The position numbers and the translations under genes were made by a program. A DNA stretch of 64,000 nt from a virus: positions 1-64,000 of IMG/VR virus record IMGVR_UViG_3300003890_000014; one strand, written 5' to 3'. Below are positions 1-8,877 of this stretch, piece after piece (positions within the stretch are counted from its first letter, which is position 1; every line of letters starts with the position of its first letter). The notes under the pieces were generated by a model, which was not told the origin of the DNA, made no database searches, and saw nothing but the letters and a program-made list of their open reading frames with translations.

Positions 1-219
1 AGGGCTGATTGGGAGTATAGTTGGGAAGTTGAGCGTATAACTCGAACTCAGTTTCTTCAGAGGCTTTGCGAAAGTACAGTTCGATGGAGGATTATCACAA
101 CTCCGGTATCTATGGGGTGGGGATGTCCTACATGTGGGCGAGTAAACGCTCCATATATCCGACAGTACGAGTGCCCTGGATTTGTAACAATTACAACGTC
201 TACGGAGATCAAGGTATGA
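1..219 (+). CDS. Partial hypothetical protein with Zn-ribbon-like motif
   Basis: Frame 1 is open from base 1 (RADWEYSW...GWGCPTCGRVNAPYIRQYECP...EIKV*). Its stop overlaps the next ATG (ATGA at 216-219). Confidence 0.6.
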   Translation, partial: RADWEYSWEVERITRTQFLQRLCESTVRWRIITTPVSMGWGCPTCGRVNAPYIRQYECPGFVTITTSTEIKV

Positions 220-779
220 AAACTAGACCCACATTGATCTTACCTGGATTTCAACTTGAATTGACACCTATGGGAGAATTTATTAAAGGTATTCCTACTA
301 AATGGATTGAATCCGCTGAAACGGAACCCGTAGTGGAATATTTTCAAGCTAAAGGATTTCATGATTATTCAAAAAAAGTTGTAAAGCTAACGCCAATCCC
401 TAGATACGATAAAACAGTTTTAGTGCCAGATTCAGATTTTTTTATCAAAGAGTATAAGTTTTCTTTCTTTAAAGATGCTATTGCAAAGATTACTCCTTTT
501 AAAGAAGTTAAAACTTTAGATTTAAATACTTTGGCGGAGTTTTCAGTAATGATGGCAACCCAGTCTCCTTTATCTGCTTATATGCGAGGGGTTTTGTTTA
601 ATGCTGGAATTTTTATAGGAAATTTTGAAGATTTTTATTTTTTAGAATCAGAAGATGAACATGGCGTAAAAGCTATTGCACTTGCACATATGACCCCTAG
701 AAGTAGTTTTGTAGTTAAATTCGAGAATTTCTCGGCTTTAAGAGACGCTGTTCAATGGGAAGCGAGTAAAAGATGGTAG
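216..779 (+). CDS. Hypothetical protein
   Basis: ORF track 66..779. The ATG at 216 is preferred (GGAG upstream, ATGA coupling). Confidence 0.7.
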   Translation: MKTRPTLILPGFQLELTPMGEFIKGIPTKWIESAETEPVVEYFQAKGFHDYSKKVVKLTPIPRYDKTVLVPDSDFFIKEYKFSFFKDAIAKITPFKEVKTLDLNTLAEFSVMMATQSPLSAYMRGVLFNAGIFIGNFEDFYFLESEDEHGVKAIALAHMTPRSSFVVKFENFSALRDAVQWEASKRW

Positions 780-1015
780 AAAAAATCGGACTTAAGATAG
801 TAGAACTTATTCATGACATTACTCAAAAAGACTATTGTGTATCATTTAATGGTGATTTTGAAGGAATGGTTCGAATTGATTACACTTATGAATGGGATGA
901 TACTTTCTATGAACACGAACATGTAGGTTTTCCAGACTGTGAACGAATTCACCTTGAGAAGAATATCATTCGATCTTTGAGTGAGTTTTTAGAGAAACAT
1001 AAAGGAGATGTATGA
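773..1015 (+). CDS. Hypothetical protein
   Basis: Overlap-coupled 80-aa ORF. Confidence 0.7.
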   Translation: MVEKIGLKIVELIHDITQKDYCVSFNGDFEGMVRIDYTYEWDDTFYEHEHVGFPDCERIHLEKNIIRSLSEFLEKHKGDV

Positions 1016-1224
1016 GTTGGTTTTTATTGATGGCCCTATCGTGCCCTAAGACCCTTATGGATAATCAAACTAATTTCAAATGGACTGCACATGATTATAA
1101 AACTCTAGAGTACGCTAAAAAACGATGTGTTGAAATTTATCCAGATTCGAAATGCGTCAAGTATTTTAAGAAATGGGGAAAACAAGATTATTCTGTAATT
1201 TGTGGAGCGGAGGTTGAAGAATGA
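1012..1224 (+). CDS. Small Cys-containing, possibly exported protein
   Basis: AGGAG RBS, hydrophobic N-terminus (WFLLMALSC), 4 Cys. Confidence 0.65.
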   Translation: MSWFLLMALSCPKTLMDNQTNFKWTAHDYKTLEYAKKRCVEIYPDSKCVKYFKKWGKQDYSVICGAEVEE

Positions 1225-1454
1225 AACAATATATTACTCGATATATTCGAAAAGGTTGTACAGTTGAACATATTACCACAGAAAGCTCTATGAAGTATAC
1301 AATGATGAGTGATAGAGACGAGATGTTTGTGGTTGATCCTACAGTAATGATTGTTGTAACCCATACTGACGGTATGAAGGAAATTGTGTACAAAGGTCAT
1401 CTAGTTAGAGATGAAGAAGAAAACCCTTATAAAAATACGTCAGGAGCATGGTGA
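1221..1454 (+). CDS. Hypothetical protein
   Basis: GAGG RBS and ATGA coupling. Confidence 0.65.
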   Translation: MKQYITRYIRKGCTVEHITTESSMKYTMMSDRDEMFVVDPTVMIVVTHTDGMKEIVYKGHLVRDEEENPYKNTSGAW

Positions 1455-1595
1455 TGTCTAAAATTGTAGATATTGATGGGAATGAGATTGAAGTGCCTAT
1501 TAGGGCGAAGAGTACTTATGAAAGGGAATTTACCGCAATGAAGGCTGCATTATTTTAATATTGAGATGAAACTAAGACATGGAGAAGAAAAATGA
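1454..1595 (+). pseudogene. Small hypothetical gene, probable +1 frameshift in a T4 run
   Basis: MSKIVDIDG...AALF stops at 1556-1558. Removing one T continues NIEMKLRHGEEK* to a TGA overlapping the next ATG (1592-1595). Confidence 0.45.
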
Positions 1596-1957
1596 AAACA
1601 AAAACAATAAAAATTGAATACAAACATCGAAATTATGATACTTTCGGCGATCCCACTATATTTGAGTGTAAGACCAAGAAAGTTAAATCTGACACTTATT
1701 CAAGTAAAGACGTTCATAAAGAATTAATCTACTCTAAGAAAGATTCTAGATGAACTCCTAAAGTCAAAGGAAAAGTAGCGGCAAAGCTTATTAATCATGG
1801 AAATGGTTTTAAAGTTAAATTTTTTGATGGTAAAGAGTTAGAACTTGATTACTGTCAAGCTCAATATCTACAGCTTTTACTAGAAGAAGATCAAATCGAA
1901 TCTCCAGGAGAATATCGTATTACAAGGACGGAAACTAAGAAAAGAGCAAAAAAATGA
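1592..1957 (+). pseudogene. Hypothetical gene with in-frame TGA at 1751-1753
   Basis: One frame from ATG 1592 to TGA 1955-1957 (coupled to the next ATG) with a single stop: YSKKDSR*TPKVKGKVAAKLINHGNG...LDYCQA. Confidence 0.7.
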
Positions 1958-2190
1958 AAAAGCATTTAGTGACTTTAATAACAAGTTTGCTAAATGGTAT
2001 ACCACTTTTAATGTTCTTAATTTATATTTCGTATTCTTTAGAAGCCCCAAGGAGAAAGATACAAAAACAACAAGATTGTTACTCAAAGTGTGACGTCGAA
2101 ATCTTTAGGCCGTGTTGGGATACTGAAGTGACAGAGCGTCGTGTAACTGAGTATAAATCGTGTAATGAAGAATGTGGGAGGATAGAATGA
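1954..2190 (+). CDS. Membrane-anchored Cys-rich small protein
   Basis: N-terminal hydrophobic helix, CxxxC motifs. Confidence 0.65.
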   Translation: MKKHLVTLITSLLNGIPLLMFLIYISYSLEAPRRKIQKQQDCYSKCDVEIFRPCWDTEVTERRVTEYKSCNEECGRIE

Positions 2191-2450
2191 GAATAGTAAT
2201 TCCTCAAGATGGTCAACCTGTTAAATACTGGGAAGATGGAACGGTAAAGTATATTCGTAAGTGCATTTACTGTGAAGGGGATAATCCAGAGGTTTGGTTT
2301 CAAGTTCCTCCTAGATTTGAATCGGCTTATAAAATAACAGAAGAAAATGCTATTCCAGTGGAAACCACGGTTAAGCGAGCTTTGTATAAAAGAGTCGAAG
2401 AACCTAACTGTGCAGGGATTGCACAATACCATTTTGTGAGGCTTGAATGA
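2187..2450 (+). CDS. Hypothetical protein
   Basis: GGAGG RBS before ATG 2187, CxxC motif. Confidence 0.65.
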   Translation: MRIVIPQDGQPVKYWEDGTVKYIRKCIYCEGDNPEVWFQVPPRFESAYKITEENAIPVETTVKRALYKRVEEPNCAGIAQYHFVRLE

Positions 2451-2902
2451 AGAAAAAGAATCGTAAACCTCATCCTTTTGATGATCTACCTAAGCATGTG
2501 AGACTTATTGCTAGACTTAGGCGTATAGCCAAGGAATATGGGGCCAGACTATATATCTGGACCTCAGACGATGGCTCTTCGGGACAGTATTGTATGCTTA
2601 CTCGACATTTGTTCGTAGCGAGGGACCTAACCTATCGTCAAACCGTTTCCGCCTTTTTTCACGAGCTTTGTCATTTTTTAGACCATAGAGATGGAATCTT
2701 TAAAAGATTTTATTCAGCATCCACCTCGCTCAAAGATAATCGATTCCTGGCTTTACGAGCAGAGCTTCACACGGATAACCGTGCCCAAAAACTTACTAAA
2801 GAATATTTTCCAAAACTTAGGTACGTTAAAGCGTACCGTAGTAAACAGGATATTACATTTTTAATGGATTACTACAAAGACGGAAGGATTAAGAAAAAAT
2901 GA
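2447..2902 (+). CDS. HExxH metallopeptidase-like protein (ImmA/IrrE-like)
   Basis: FFHELCH motif followed by a downstream E in RAELHTD. Confidence 0.6.
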   Translation: MKKKNRKPHPFDDLPKHVRLIARLRRIAKEYGARLYIWTSDDGSSGQYCMLTRHLFVARDLTYRQTVSAFFHELCHFLDHRDGIFKRFYSASTSLKDNRFLALRAELHTDNRAQKLTKEYFPKLRYVKAYRSKQDITFLMDYYKDGRIKKK

Positions 2903-2954
2903 TAAGTAAGAACCAACGAGTTATTAGGAATTTCCGAATAACTGGGAGAAGTAT

Positions 2955-3164
2955 ATGAGTCAAAAATTTAAATGTGAAATAACAGAAACCTCAAGAGATA
3001 TCATAGCGAGACTGTATTTACATAATTTGATCTTTATTGTACCTCCACATAGAGGTATAGGGCTTCAAAGCTTTACTAACGAAGAAGAATTAAGAACCTT
3101 AATAAAAAAAATATTATGTGAACACGTTGATAAAATGGAAGTTGAGTTAAAAAATGAACGATAA
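2955..3164 (+). CDS. Hypothetical protein
   Basis: GGGAG RBS, 69 aa. Confidence 0.6.
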   Translation: MSQKFKCEITETSRDIIARLYLHNLIFIVPPHRGIGLQSFTNEEELRTLIKKILCEHVDKMEVELKNER

Positions 3165-3669
3165 TAAAAGAGGACTTATATACAGCCTATTAGGACACTT
3201 CCTATTACTAGCTCTATTAGCTTTTAATGGATTTCATACTAGAGGGGGGTCTGGAGGAGAACAACTGGAAACTAAAAGTGGAGGTAAAAAAGAATTATAA
3301 AAAATTACCGACAAACCCTCTGATAAGTTAGAAGTTGAAGTTGTCGAAAGTCCTACCTCAGAAACTCCTAAAAGAGCAAAAACTGCTCATGAAGACCAAG
3401 AATGTGAAAAATCATTTGGTGGAATCGGAGTAACGGTTAATGTCACTCCTCAAGGTCAACTTGTGATGGAAGTGCATAAAGGTTGTCCAGCAGACCTCGC
3501 TGGGTTTAAACCTGGAGATTTGATCTTAAACCAAAACAACCAACTTAGAGGAGAAGTAGGAACAGAAGTTTCTATTGATTACATAACTAGAGAAGGTCAC
3601 TCAGGAACAATCAAAGTGATTAGGGATAAAATTTGCTATGAAGAGACAGCTAGACCGAAAGGCCCTTAG
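3154..3669 (+). pseudogene. Membrane-anchored PDZ-domain protein with in-frame TAA at 3298-3300
   Basis: Single frame: TM segment LIYSLLGHFLLLALL, then KKEL*KIT, then PDZ signature FGGIGV...VHKGCPADLAGFKPGDLIL. Confidence 0.75.
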
Positions 3670-3847
3670 ACGGTCACTTTGGGCTGCACTTGCGAGGCTT
3701 ATCGGAGTTGGTCTTGGAGCCGGAGCTGGTAGTTTAATACACCAATTAATTGGAGGAGGATTCAATGGTTGGGGTATTGCGATGGGAATGGCAGGTGTAA
3801 GTTTTGTTTTGATGGTATTTGCAGAATATGAGAGGGAAATAGGATGA
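3638..3847 (+). CDS. Small two-TM membrane protein
   Basis: Two Gly-rich hydrophobic segments. Confidence 0.65.
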   Translation: MKRQLDRKALRRSLWAALARLIGVGLGAGAGSLIHQLIGGGFNGWGIAMGMAGVSFVLMVFAEYEREIG

Positions 3848-4104
3848 AAAAACTTAAATTTAAACTCAATAAAGCTATTGTGTTTGATCCTAAATGGTGA
3901 GGTAAATACGAAAAATCTTTTTGGGAAAAGATATTCGGAAACACTCATCATCTTGAGCATCCTTTAAGGCCAGGAGAAGTTGTTTACTATTTAGGTGAAA
4001 TCCCTAATGTACCAGGACATTGCTTAGTAGCGAAATATTCAAGACCAATTATAGCAATGGTTCATCCAGAAGATTTTAGAAAGGCAAAAGAGGAGGAACT
4101 ATGA
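3844..4104 (+). pseudogene. Hypothetical gene with in-frame TGA at 3898-3900
   Basis: ATGA-coupled at both ends, one stop: FDPKW*GKYEKSFWE...GEIPNVPGHCLV...HPEDFRKAKEEEL. Confidence 0.7.
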
Positions 4105-4292
4105 GTCAAAAATATTTAATTCTAAAAGAACTCATTTCGGAATGGATTGAGCGAGAAATGGAAAATTATGAAGAAGCAGTCAGACTTGTAGGCACGGAAT
4201 GCCCAGGAGCCTGTTTAGCTGCTGGAGCACTAGATGCTTATCAACAGGTTTTACGGGATATTGAGGAACTTGAAAGAGAGGCTTCCGTATGA
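4101..4292 (+). CDS. Hypothetical protein
   Basis: GAGGAG RBS, acidic 63 aa. Confidence 0.65.
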   Translation: MSQKYLILKELISEWIEREMENYEEAVRLVGTECPGACLAAGALDAYQQVLRDIEELEREASV

Positions 4293-4615
4293 GCTATGAC
4301 ACTACCCTAATGGCAGATGTTGGTGGTCCCGAGTTAGTTCCGGTTGGAGAGGTGAGAAATTGTACTTGCAACAATTATCACATCTTTAAAGCCGCAGGGC
4401 TTGAAATGAAGTATGTTCATGGAACTTTAGCTTCTGAGGTCATCCCTGTTTTGGAAAAAGCCCTCCATTACCTAACCAACCCAGATAATCGAGAATCTTT
4501 ACTTAAACTAGAACCCGAAAACAAATAAGGGGGTTTAGACGATTCAATTGATTTTGTAACCCAATTTTTAAAAATGACCCGTCAAATGCCAAAAACTTAC
4601 GTAATGATATCTTAA
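4289..4615 (+). pseudogene. Hypothetical gene with in-frame TAA at 4526-4528
   Basis: LEPENK*GGLDDSIDF... continues in frame to TAA 4613-4615, just before the next RBS. PEN.WG is the motif I would expect at this position. Confidence 0.65.
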
Positions 4616-4623
4616 GGAGCTTT

Positions 4624-4941
4624 ATGATTAAAAACAAACAAATCTTAGATCTTAGAGAAAAAAACGAACGAATTTTAGAATTGATGGAACATTTTTATCC
4701 AGGTTCAATGTCTTATGGCGGACATCCAATTTGGGTAAAAGCTGAAGACGTTAAGATTATTAAAAAAGAGTTTTCTAAAGCTTTGAAAATCGTAAAGTCA
4801 GATGGAGGCTTTAAAGCGATGAGCCTTCCCAAACCCAAATGGCCCAGCGAATATGTCATAGAACTTTTAACTTACGGGCGAAATCTGTATCGGGAAGAGG
4901 CTTCCAAATATTACGATGGAATGAGAGCTTTACTAGATTAG
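4624..4941 (+). CDS. Hypothetical protein
   Basis: AAGGAG RBS, 105 aa. Confidence 0.7.
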   Translation: MIKNKQILDLREKNERILELMEHFYPGSMSYGGHPIWVKAEDVKIIKKEFSKALKIVKSDGGFKAMSLPKPKWPSEYVIELLTYGRNLYREEASKYYDGMRALLD

Positions 4942-4954
4942 TCAGGTATAAACT

Positions 4955-5179
4955 ATGAAAAAAATTTATTTAATTGATCAAAGAGATATTTTACCCGAAA
5001 ACGACAACGGGTCCATGATTATCGAAGCTTACTCCCCTAAGGACGCAGCTTTTAACCGAGCTAAAGAGCTTTCAAAACAAGAACGGGGAATTTGGTACTT
5101 CTTAGTCCAAGAGTTGATCGTAGACGCGACTGAAGCGAAGGCCGTGCAAATTTTATACCCAGATGACCCGAAGGAGTAG
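4955..5179 (+). CDS. Hypothetical protein
   Basis: ORF within an operon-like run. Confidence 0.6.
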   Translation: MKKIYLIDQRDILPENDNGSMIIEAYSPKDAAFNRAKELSKQERGIWYFLVQELIVDATEAKAVQILYPDDPKE

Positions 5180-5181
5180 TA

Positions 5182-5409
5182 ATGATGCATAGGGAAATTG
5201 CCGATCATATCGGTTTATTAATTTTAGGTCCTAAACGACATTCCTACCAAGCCATCGCAGAACAGATTTGTGAACACTGGCCTGGATACATTGATTTCGT
5301 TTATGGCGAATACGCTCATAGAGATCTTTATGGCAACCAACTTTTAGGTATGGAACTCGTCCACCACGCCTGCAGAATTCTAGATTATAACTTTCACAAG
5401 CATTTATGA
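5182..5409 (+). CDS. Hypothetical protein
   Basis: AAGGAG RBS. Confidence 0.6.
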   Translation: MMHREIADHIGLLILGPKRHSYQAIAEQICEHWPGYIDFVYGEYAHRDLYGNQLLGMELVHHACRILDYNFHKHL

Positions 5410-5492
5410 AATACCTCCTAGCCGCCTATCTCATCGCTTCAGCTATAGGGATACTTTTATATCTCTTACTAAAACAGTCAGGTATAATCTAG
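5406..5492 (+). CDS. 28-aa single-TM peptide
   Basis: MKYLLAAYLIASAIGILLYLLLKQSGII, ATGA coupled. Confidence 0.4.
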   Translation: MKYLLAAYLIASAIGILLYLLLKQSGII

Positions 5493-5944
5493 TCAGTAAA
5501 ATTTATAATACCAGTAATTGACATTAGGGTCAATTCAAAGACATATAGATAAAACCTTCCCATTAGTCAGCATTAGTACTTATTAGCCATTATTAAAGCA
5601 TAATACAGGCAAACCCCCCTTTAGATACTCAAATGCCAGGAGGACCCATTTCCAATCGTTTTACACCACCCCACCCCACCTTGAAAGTAATACGATCAAG
5701 TATTTACCTGAGCAAAGCAGTTTGTAGGTTTTAAGTATACAATCGTATTCTTTAGTAATATAGGCGGACATTTGCTAACTATAGTAATTACATCAGGTAT
5801 TATTGAGAGGGGTGTAGTTGTGAGTATCCACTAGGTACAGTATAGGGGGGTGTCTTTACTGATCTAGGGATATCCCCCCGTACTCATTGAAGAATTACTT
5901 ATAGGGGTATGTCAATAGTCTAACACTTGCCCGTATAATAACGG

Positions 5945-5970
5945 TGCACTATAATAAGAGTTATAGTGCA
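5945..5970. repeat. Perfect 10-bp inverted repeat TGCACTATAA-N6-TTATAGTGCA
   Basis: Read directly from the sequence. Confidence 0.9.
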
Positions 5971-6081
5971 TTATACTCTATTAGTCGTTATCAAATTTTT
6001 TAATTTTTTCGGTTATGTGTCACGGGATAGTATATCAATCCTATACCCTCAAAACCCATTGTATACCTTTCGAGTCATATC

Positions 6082-6127
6082 AATCTCATATCTAAATCTC
6101 ATATCTCAATAGGGTATTCAATAGGGT
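6082..6127. repeat. Tandem direct repeats AATCTCATATCT x2 and TCAATAGGGT x2
   Basis: Copies at 6082/6095 and 6106/6118. Confidence 0.85.
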
Positions 6128-6459
6128 CTTTACATGACACAATACCTGGCAAAATATAGCATAACAATTCAATAAGTTATAACTCTCAAAATACCCTAGT
6201 AATAACACTATATTATACTGTTTAAGCCTTATACAGTGACTAATAATTCAACGGTTTGCCTAATAGCCTAATAATAACCCTCTATTAAGTCGGTCATTAG
6301 GGTCATAACATACCTAAAATGACAAAATTCAGTATATAGGTCATATACGACGTATATTAATACTATTAGAGTTATTTATGGCATCGTCATTGCAATGCAT
6401 ATTAAATAATTAATACTTGACCAAAAGGGTCGAGTGAAAAACGAAAGGAATAAACGGCC

Positions 6460-6624
6460 ATGAAAAACTTTAATGAAATTGACTTAGTTGATATGTTTGA
6501 GATTTCGACCCTAAGTGACGCTATATATAGCCTTGAAGATCATTGCAAGGGTATGACTGAAAGTGAAGTCAATAGCCTAATAGACCGATTGATTGAAAAC
6601 CTTAATGATATCAACTTGAAATAA
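6460..6624 (+). CDS. Small acidic early protein (54 aa)
   Basis: GAAAGGA RBS; 12 D/E against 4 K/R. Confidence 0.65.
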   Translation: MKNFNEIDLVDMFEISTLSDAIYSLEDHCKGMTESEVNSLIDRLIENLNDINLK

Positions 6625-6627
6625 TAC

Positions 6628-6655
6628 TTGACTATTTTAATAGGTTTGTTATCCT
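6628..6655 (+). promoter_or_regulatory. Sigma70-like promoter
   Basis: TTGACT-16-TATCCT with extended -10 TG. Confidence 0.55.
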
Positions 6656-6679
6656 GATATTAAGAGAAAGGCGGAATAT

Positions 6680-6811
6680 ATGAGAAACAAGACTTTTAAA
6701 TCGACGGAAAAATTGAGTGTTAGCGAATCGGCGCAAGCGGAAAAAAACCTTTTTGTCATGGCCTTAGTACTTAGTGCAACGGCTATATGGCACCTATTAG
6801 GCGGGTTTTAA
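6680..6811 (+). CDS. 43-aa protein with C-terminal TM segment
   Basis: GAAAGG RBS; LFVMALVLSATAIWHLLGGF. Confidence 0.55.
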   Translation: MRNKTFKSTEKLSVSESAQAEKNLFVMALVLSATAIWHLLGGF

Positions 6812-6812
6812 T

Positions 6813-7019
6813 ATGTTTAAGATCAACCCTAAAGATATGACTGGCAACGTCAAAGTCATACTAGATCAAATAACGGCCATTGAAAACACTATAACTTTGC
6901 TTGCCTTGACGCAAGGGGTCAATAGTGAAAAGGGTCGGTCAATGCTTGCTAAAAGGCATGAGTTAAAAGAAAAATTGAAAAAACAAGTTTGGTTTAACAA
7001 TGAAATAGGCAAAAAATAA
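6813..7019 (+). CDS. Hypothetical protein
   Basis: 68-aa ORF in the early run. Confidence 0.6.
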   Translation: MFKINPKDMTGNVKVILDQITAIENTITLLALTQGVNSEKGRSMLAKRHELKEKLKKQVWFNNEIGKK

Positions 7020-7027
7020 GGAGTGTC

Positions 7028-7111
7028 ATGGAATACCTAAGTCAAATTGTACTGATTGAATGTTATATATGCGTTGCAGTCTTAGGAATAGGAGTTATTT
7101 TCGAAAAATAA
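7028..7111 (+). CDS. 27-aa hydrophobic peptide
   Basis: AAGGAG RBS; MEYLSQIVLIECYICVAVLGIGVIFEK. Confidence 0.45.
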   Translation: MEYLSQIVLIECYICVAVLGIGVIFEK

Positions 7112-7114
7112 GGC

Positions 7115-7142
7115 TTGCAATACTTGAGTGTTTTGGTACTAT
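7115..7142 (+). promoter_or_regulatory. Sigma70-like promoter
   Basis: TTGCAA-16-TACTAT with extended TG. Confidence 0.55.
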
Positions 7143-7185
7143 TAAATAAACCGACCCTGGAAGGGTCACGAAAGGAAAAAATAAA

Positions 7186-8037
7186 ATGAAAACTTTAAAC
7201 CTTGAAAATGTAGGCAACGTATTAGATGCCCGATTGACTGAAAACCGTACTATTGAAAATGTAGTGACGAAGTCATTTATGCAAACCGAAAGGTATTCAA
7301 ACGTGAGTGAAAAATTCCAAGTTATTCAGCCTGCCATGATCGGCGGGGTTTTGAGTGAAAACGGTTTTAAACTGGTGTCATTGATAACAGGTAAGGCAAA
7401 ACACGAAGACAAAAAAGACTTCCAACGTACTATTGCCCGATATCGTGAATTAGATGCCTTTGAAGTTGACGGGTTGCACCTTGACCTATTGTATATTTCT
7501 AATCATATGGGTCGAGGTCGAGATAGACTGATTTTGTCTTTTATGCGTGGCGTATGCGCTAACCAATGGAATACAGGCAAAGGTTTTGACGCTGTATATA
7601 TTCGTCATTCGGGCAACCCTATTGCAGACCTAAGAGATGGAATTGCACGCATATTAGGTCAACGGTCTAAACTAGTGCAAGTCATTCAAAAAATGCAAAA
7701 CGTGACGTTAACAGCGGGTCAAATTGAGACGCTTGCCCGTCAATATGCTGAAATTAGACTTGATGGGGTCGAAAACGTCATTGACGTTGATTTTAAATCG
7801 CTTGCAAAAATTCACCGTCAAGACGATGCAAAACTTGACCTTTTCACCGTTGCGAACGTATTGCAAGAAAACGTCATTAGGTCAAGACTTAAGTACCGAA
7901 TCAAAACCGTTGACTCAAACGGTCAAACCGTTGAAAGGAATCAATCAACTAGGGTTTTAAGAGGGTCAAGCGTCAAATTAATTGACCTTAATGCCAAAAT
8001 GTTTGATGTTGCAATGCAATACCTTAATGCAGCGTAA
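7186..8037 (+). CDS. DUF932-like phage/plasmid protein
   Basis: SNHMG...FMRGVCAN...IRHSG and RQDDAKLDLFTVANVLQENVI resemble DUF932 motifs (R.vC.NG; R..D...DLW..fN..QEN). Confidence 0.75.
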   Translation: MKTLNLENVGNVLDARLTENRTIENVVTKSFMQTERYSNVSEKFQVIQPAMIGGVLSENGFKLVSLITGKAKHEDKKDFQRTIARYRELDAFEVDGLHLDLLYISNHMGRGRDRLILSFMRGVCANQWNTGKGFDAVYIRHSGNPIADLRDGIARILGQRSKLVQVIQKMQNVTLTAGQIETLARQYAEIRLDGVENVIDVDFKSLAKIHRQDDAKLDLFTVANVLQENVIRSRLKYRIKTVDSNGQTVERNQSTRVLRGSSVKLIDLNAKMFDVAMQYLNAA

Positions 8038-8158
8038 CTCAATAGAAGGGTTGACCTTGCCCGAAAGGTTTTGCATCGCAAAATTGCTAACTTTATAGCG
8101 GAAAAAAGACTCAAAAAGGTTGCATAACTCAAAACAAAACTTGAAAGGACAAAACAAA

Positions 8159-8416
8159 ATGAAAAAAACCAAGACTTTTAAAATAGGCAAATATTCAAAT
8201 TTTGGCAAGTGGCGATTGACCCTTGATGGTCAAACCTTGAGAGTACAAGGCATTGACTGGACAACGGACAAAGTACTTGAAGACTTGACCTTTCATGCGC
8301 AAGACTTTAGTAATATAGAGACTTTTTTAGTTGATAACATGACACCATATTACGCCGAAAAACTTATGCAATGGGTCAACCCTAAGCATGATCAAAACTT
8401 TTTTTCAGATTACTAA
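8159..8416 (+). CDS. Hypothetical protein
   Basis: GAAAGGA RBS before ATG 8159. Confidence 0.7.
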   Translation: MKKTKTFKIGKYSNFGKWRLTLDGQTLRVQGIDWTTDKVLEDLTFHAQDFSNIETFLVDNMTPYYAEKLMQWVNPKHDQNFFSDY

Positions 8417-8441
8417 ACCAAAAACCAAAGGAGTGAATCAA

Positions 8442-8708
8442 ATGAAAAACAAAACGTGTCAATATTGCAAGACTTCAACCCATATGACTAAAGTACTTGA
8501 CGAGACTTATGGCATTGTATCCGAACGGTATCGGGTTTGCTTTGAGTGTCAACCTTCAATGGACAGTGGCGACTATACCGACCAGTCAAGGCCGCGGGCA
8601 TTAAACGGTGACGATGGAGATTTAAACTATTTTGCTGAATCGTCTCATGCACCTGATATTGACGAGACTTTAGACGTTGAACTAACAGACCTTGAAGAGG
8701 TAGTATAA
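8442..8708 (+). CDS. Zn-finger protein with acidic tail
   Basis: CQYC...CFEC and a D/E-rich C-terminus; AGGAG RBS. Confidence 0.7.
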   Translation: MKNKTCQYCKTSTHMTKVLDETYGIVSERYRVCFECQPSMDSGDYTDQSRPRALNGDDGDLNYFAESSHAPDIDETLDVELTDLEEVV

Positions 8709-8710
8709 CC

Positions 8711-8875
8711 ATGAAATATCAACCTTTTATGTTAGAACTTTGGGAGTTAACAGGCGAAATCGGTACTATTGCAGAGACCGACGACCGTTATGTTGACGTA
8801 TATCGTGCACTGTCAGATGCTTTTGATCGTGCCGAAGAAAACGAATTGATATTGTCTGAAGAATACGATGATTAA
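8711..8875 (+). CDS. Small, highly acidic protein (54 aa)
   Basis: GAGG RBS; 16 D/E against 4 K/R. Confidence 0.65.
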   Translation: MKYQPFMLELWELTGEIGTIAETDDRYVDVYRALSDAFDRAEENELILSEEYDD

Positions 8876-8877
8876 AC

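Larger units (their letters stand above)
5493..6459. other. Long non-coding region; candidate genome-end junction or replication origin
   Basis: No ORF of 60 aa or more, several inverted and tandem repeats, a C-rich to G-rich switch near 5.75 kb, and a k-mer composition change. Confidence 0.55.

Noticed and set aside
66-215. N-terminal extension of ORF 66..779
   Set aside because: It overlaps a better frame-1 ORF; ATG 216 has an RBS and ATGA coupling.
1592-4615. Stop-codon reassignment (alternative genetic code) as the cause of the in-frame stops
   Set aside because: All three stop codons occur internally, all three also terminate intact genes, frameshifts co-occur, and long core ORFs are open in code 11.
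5493-6459. CRISPR array or mini-array
   Set aside because: Repeats are short, occur only twice, and have no regular spacers.
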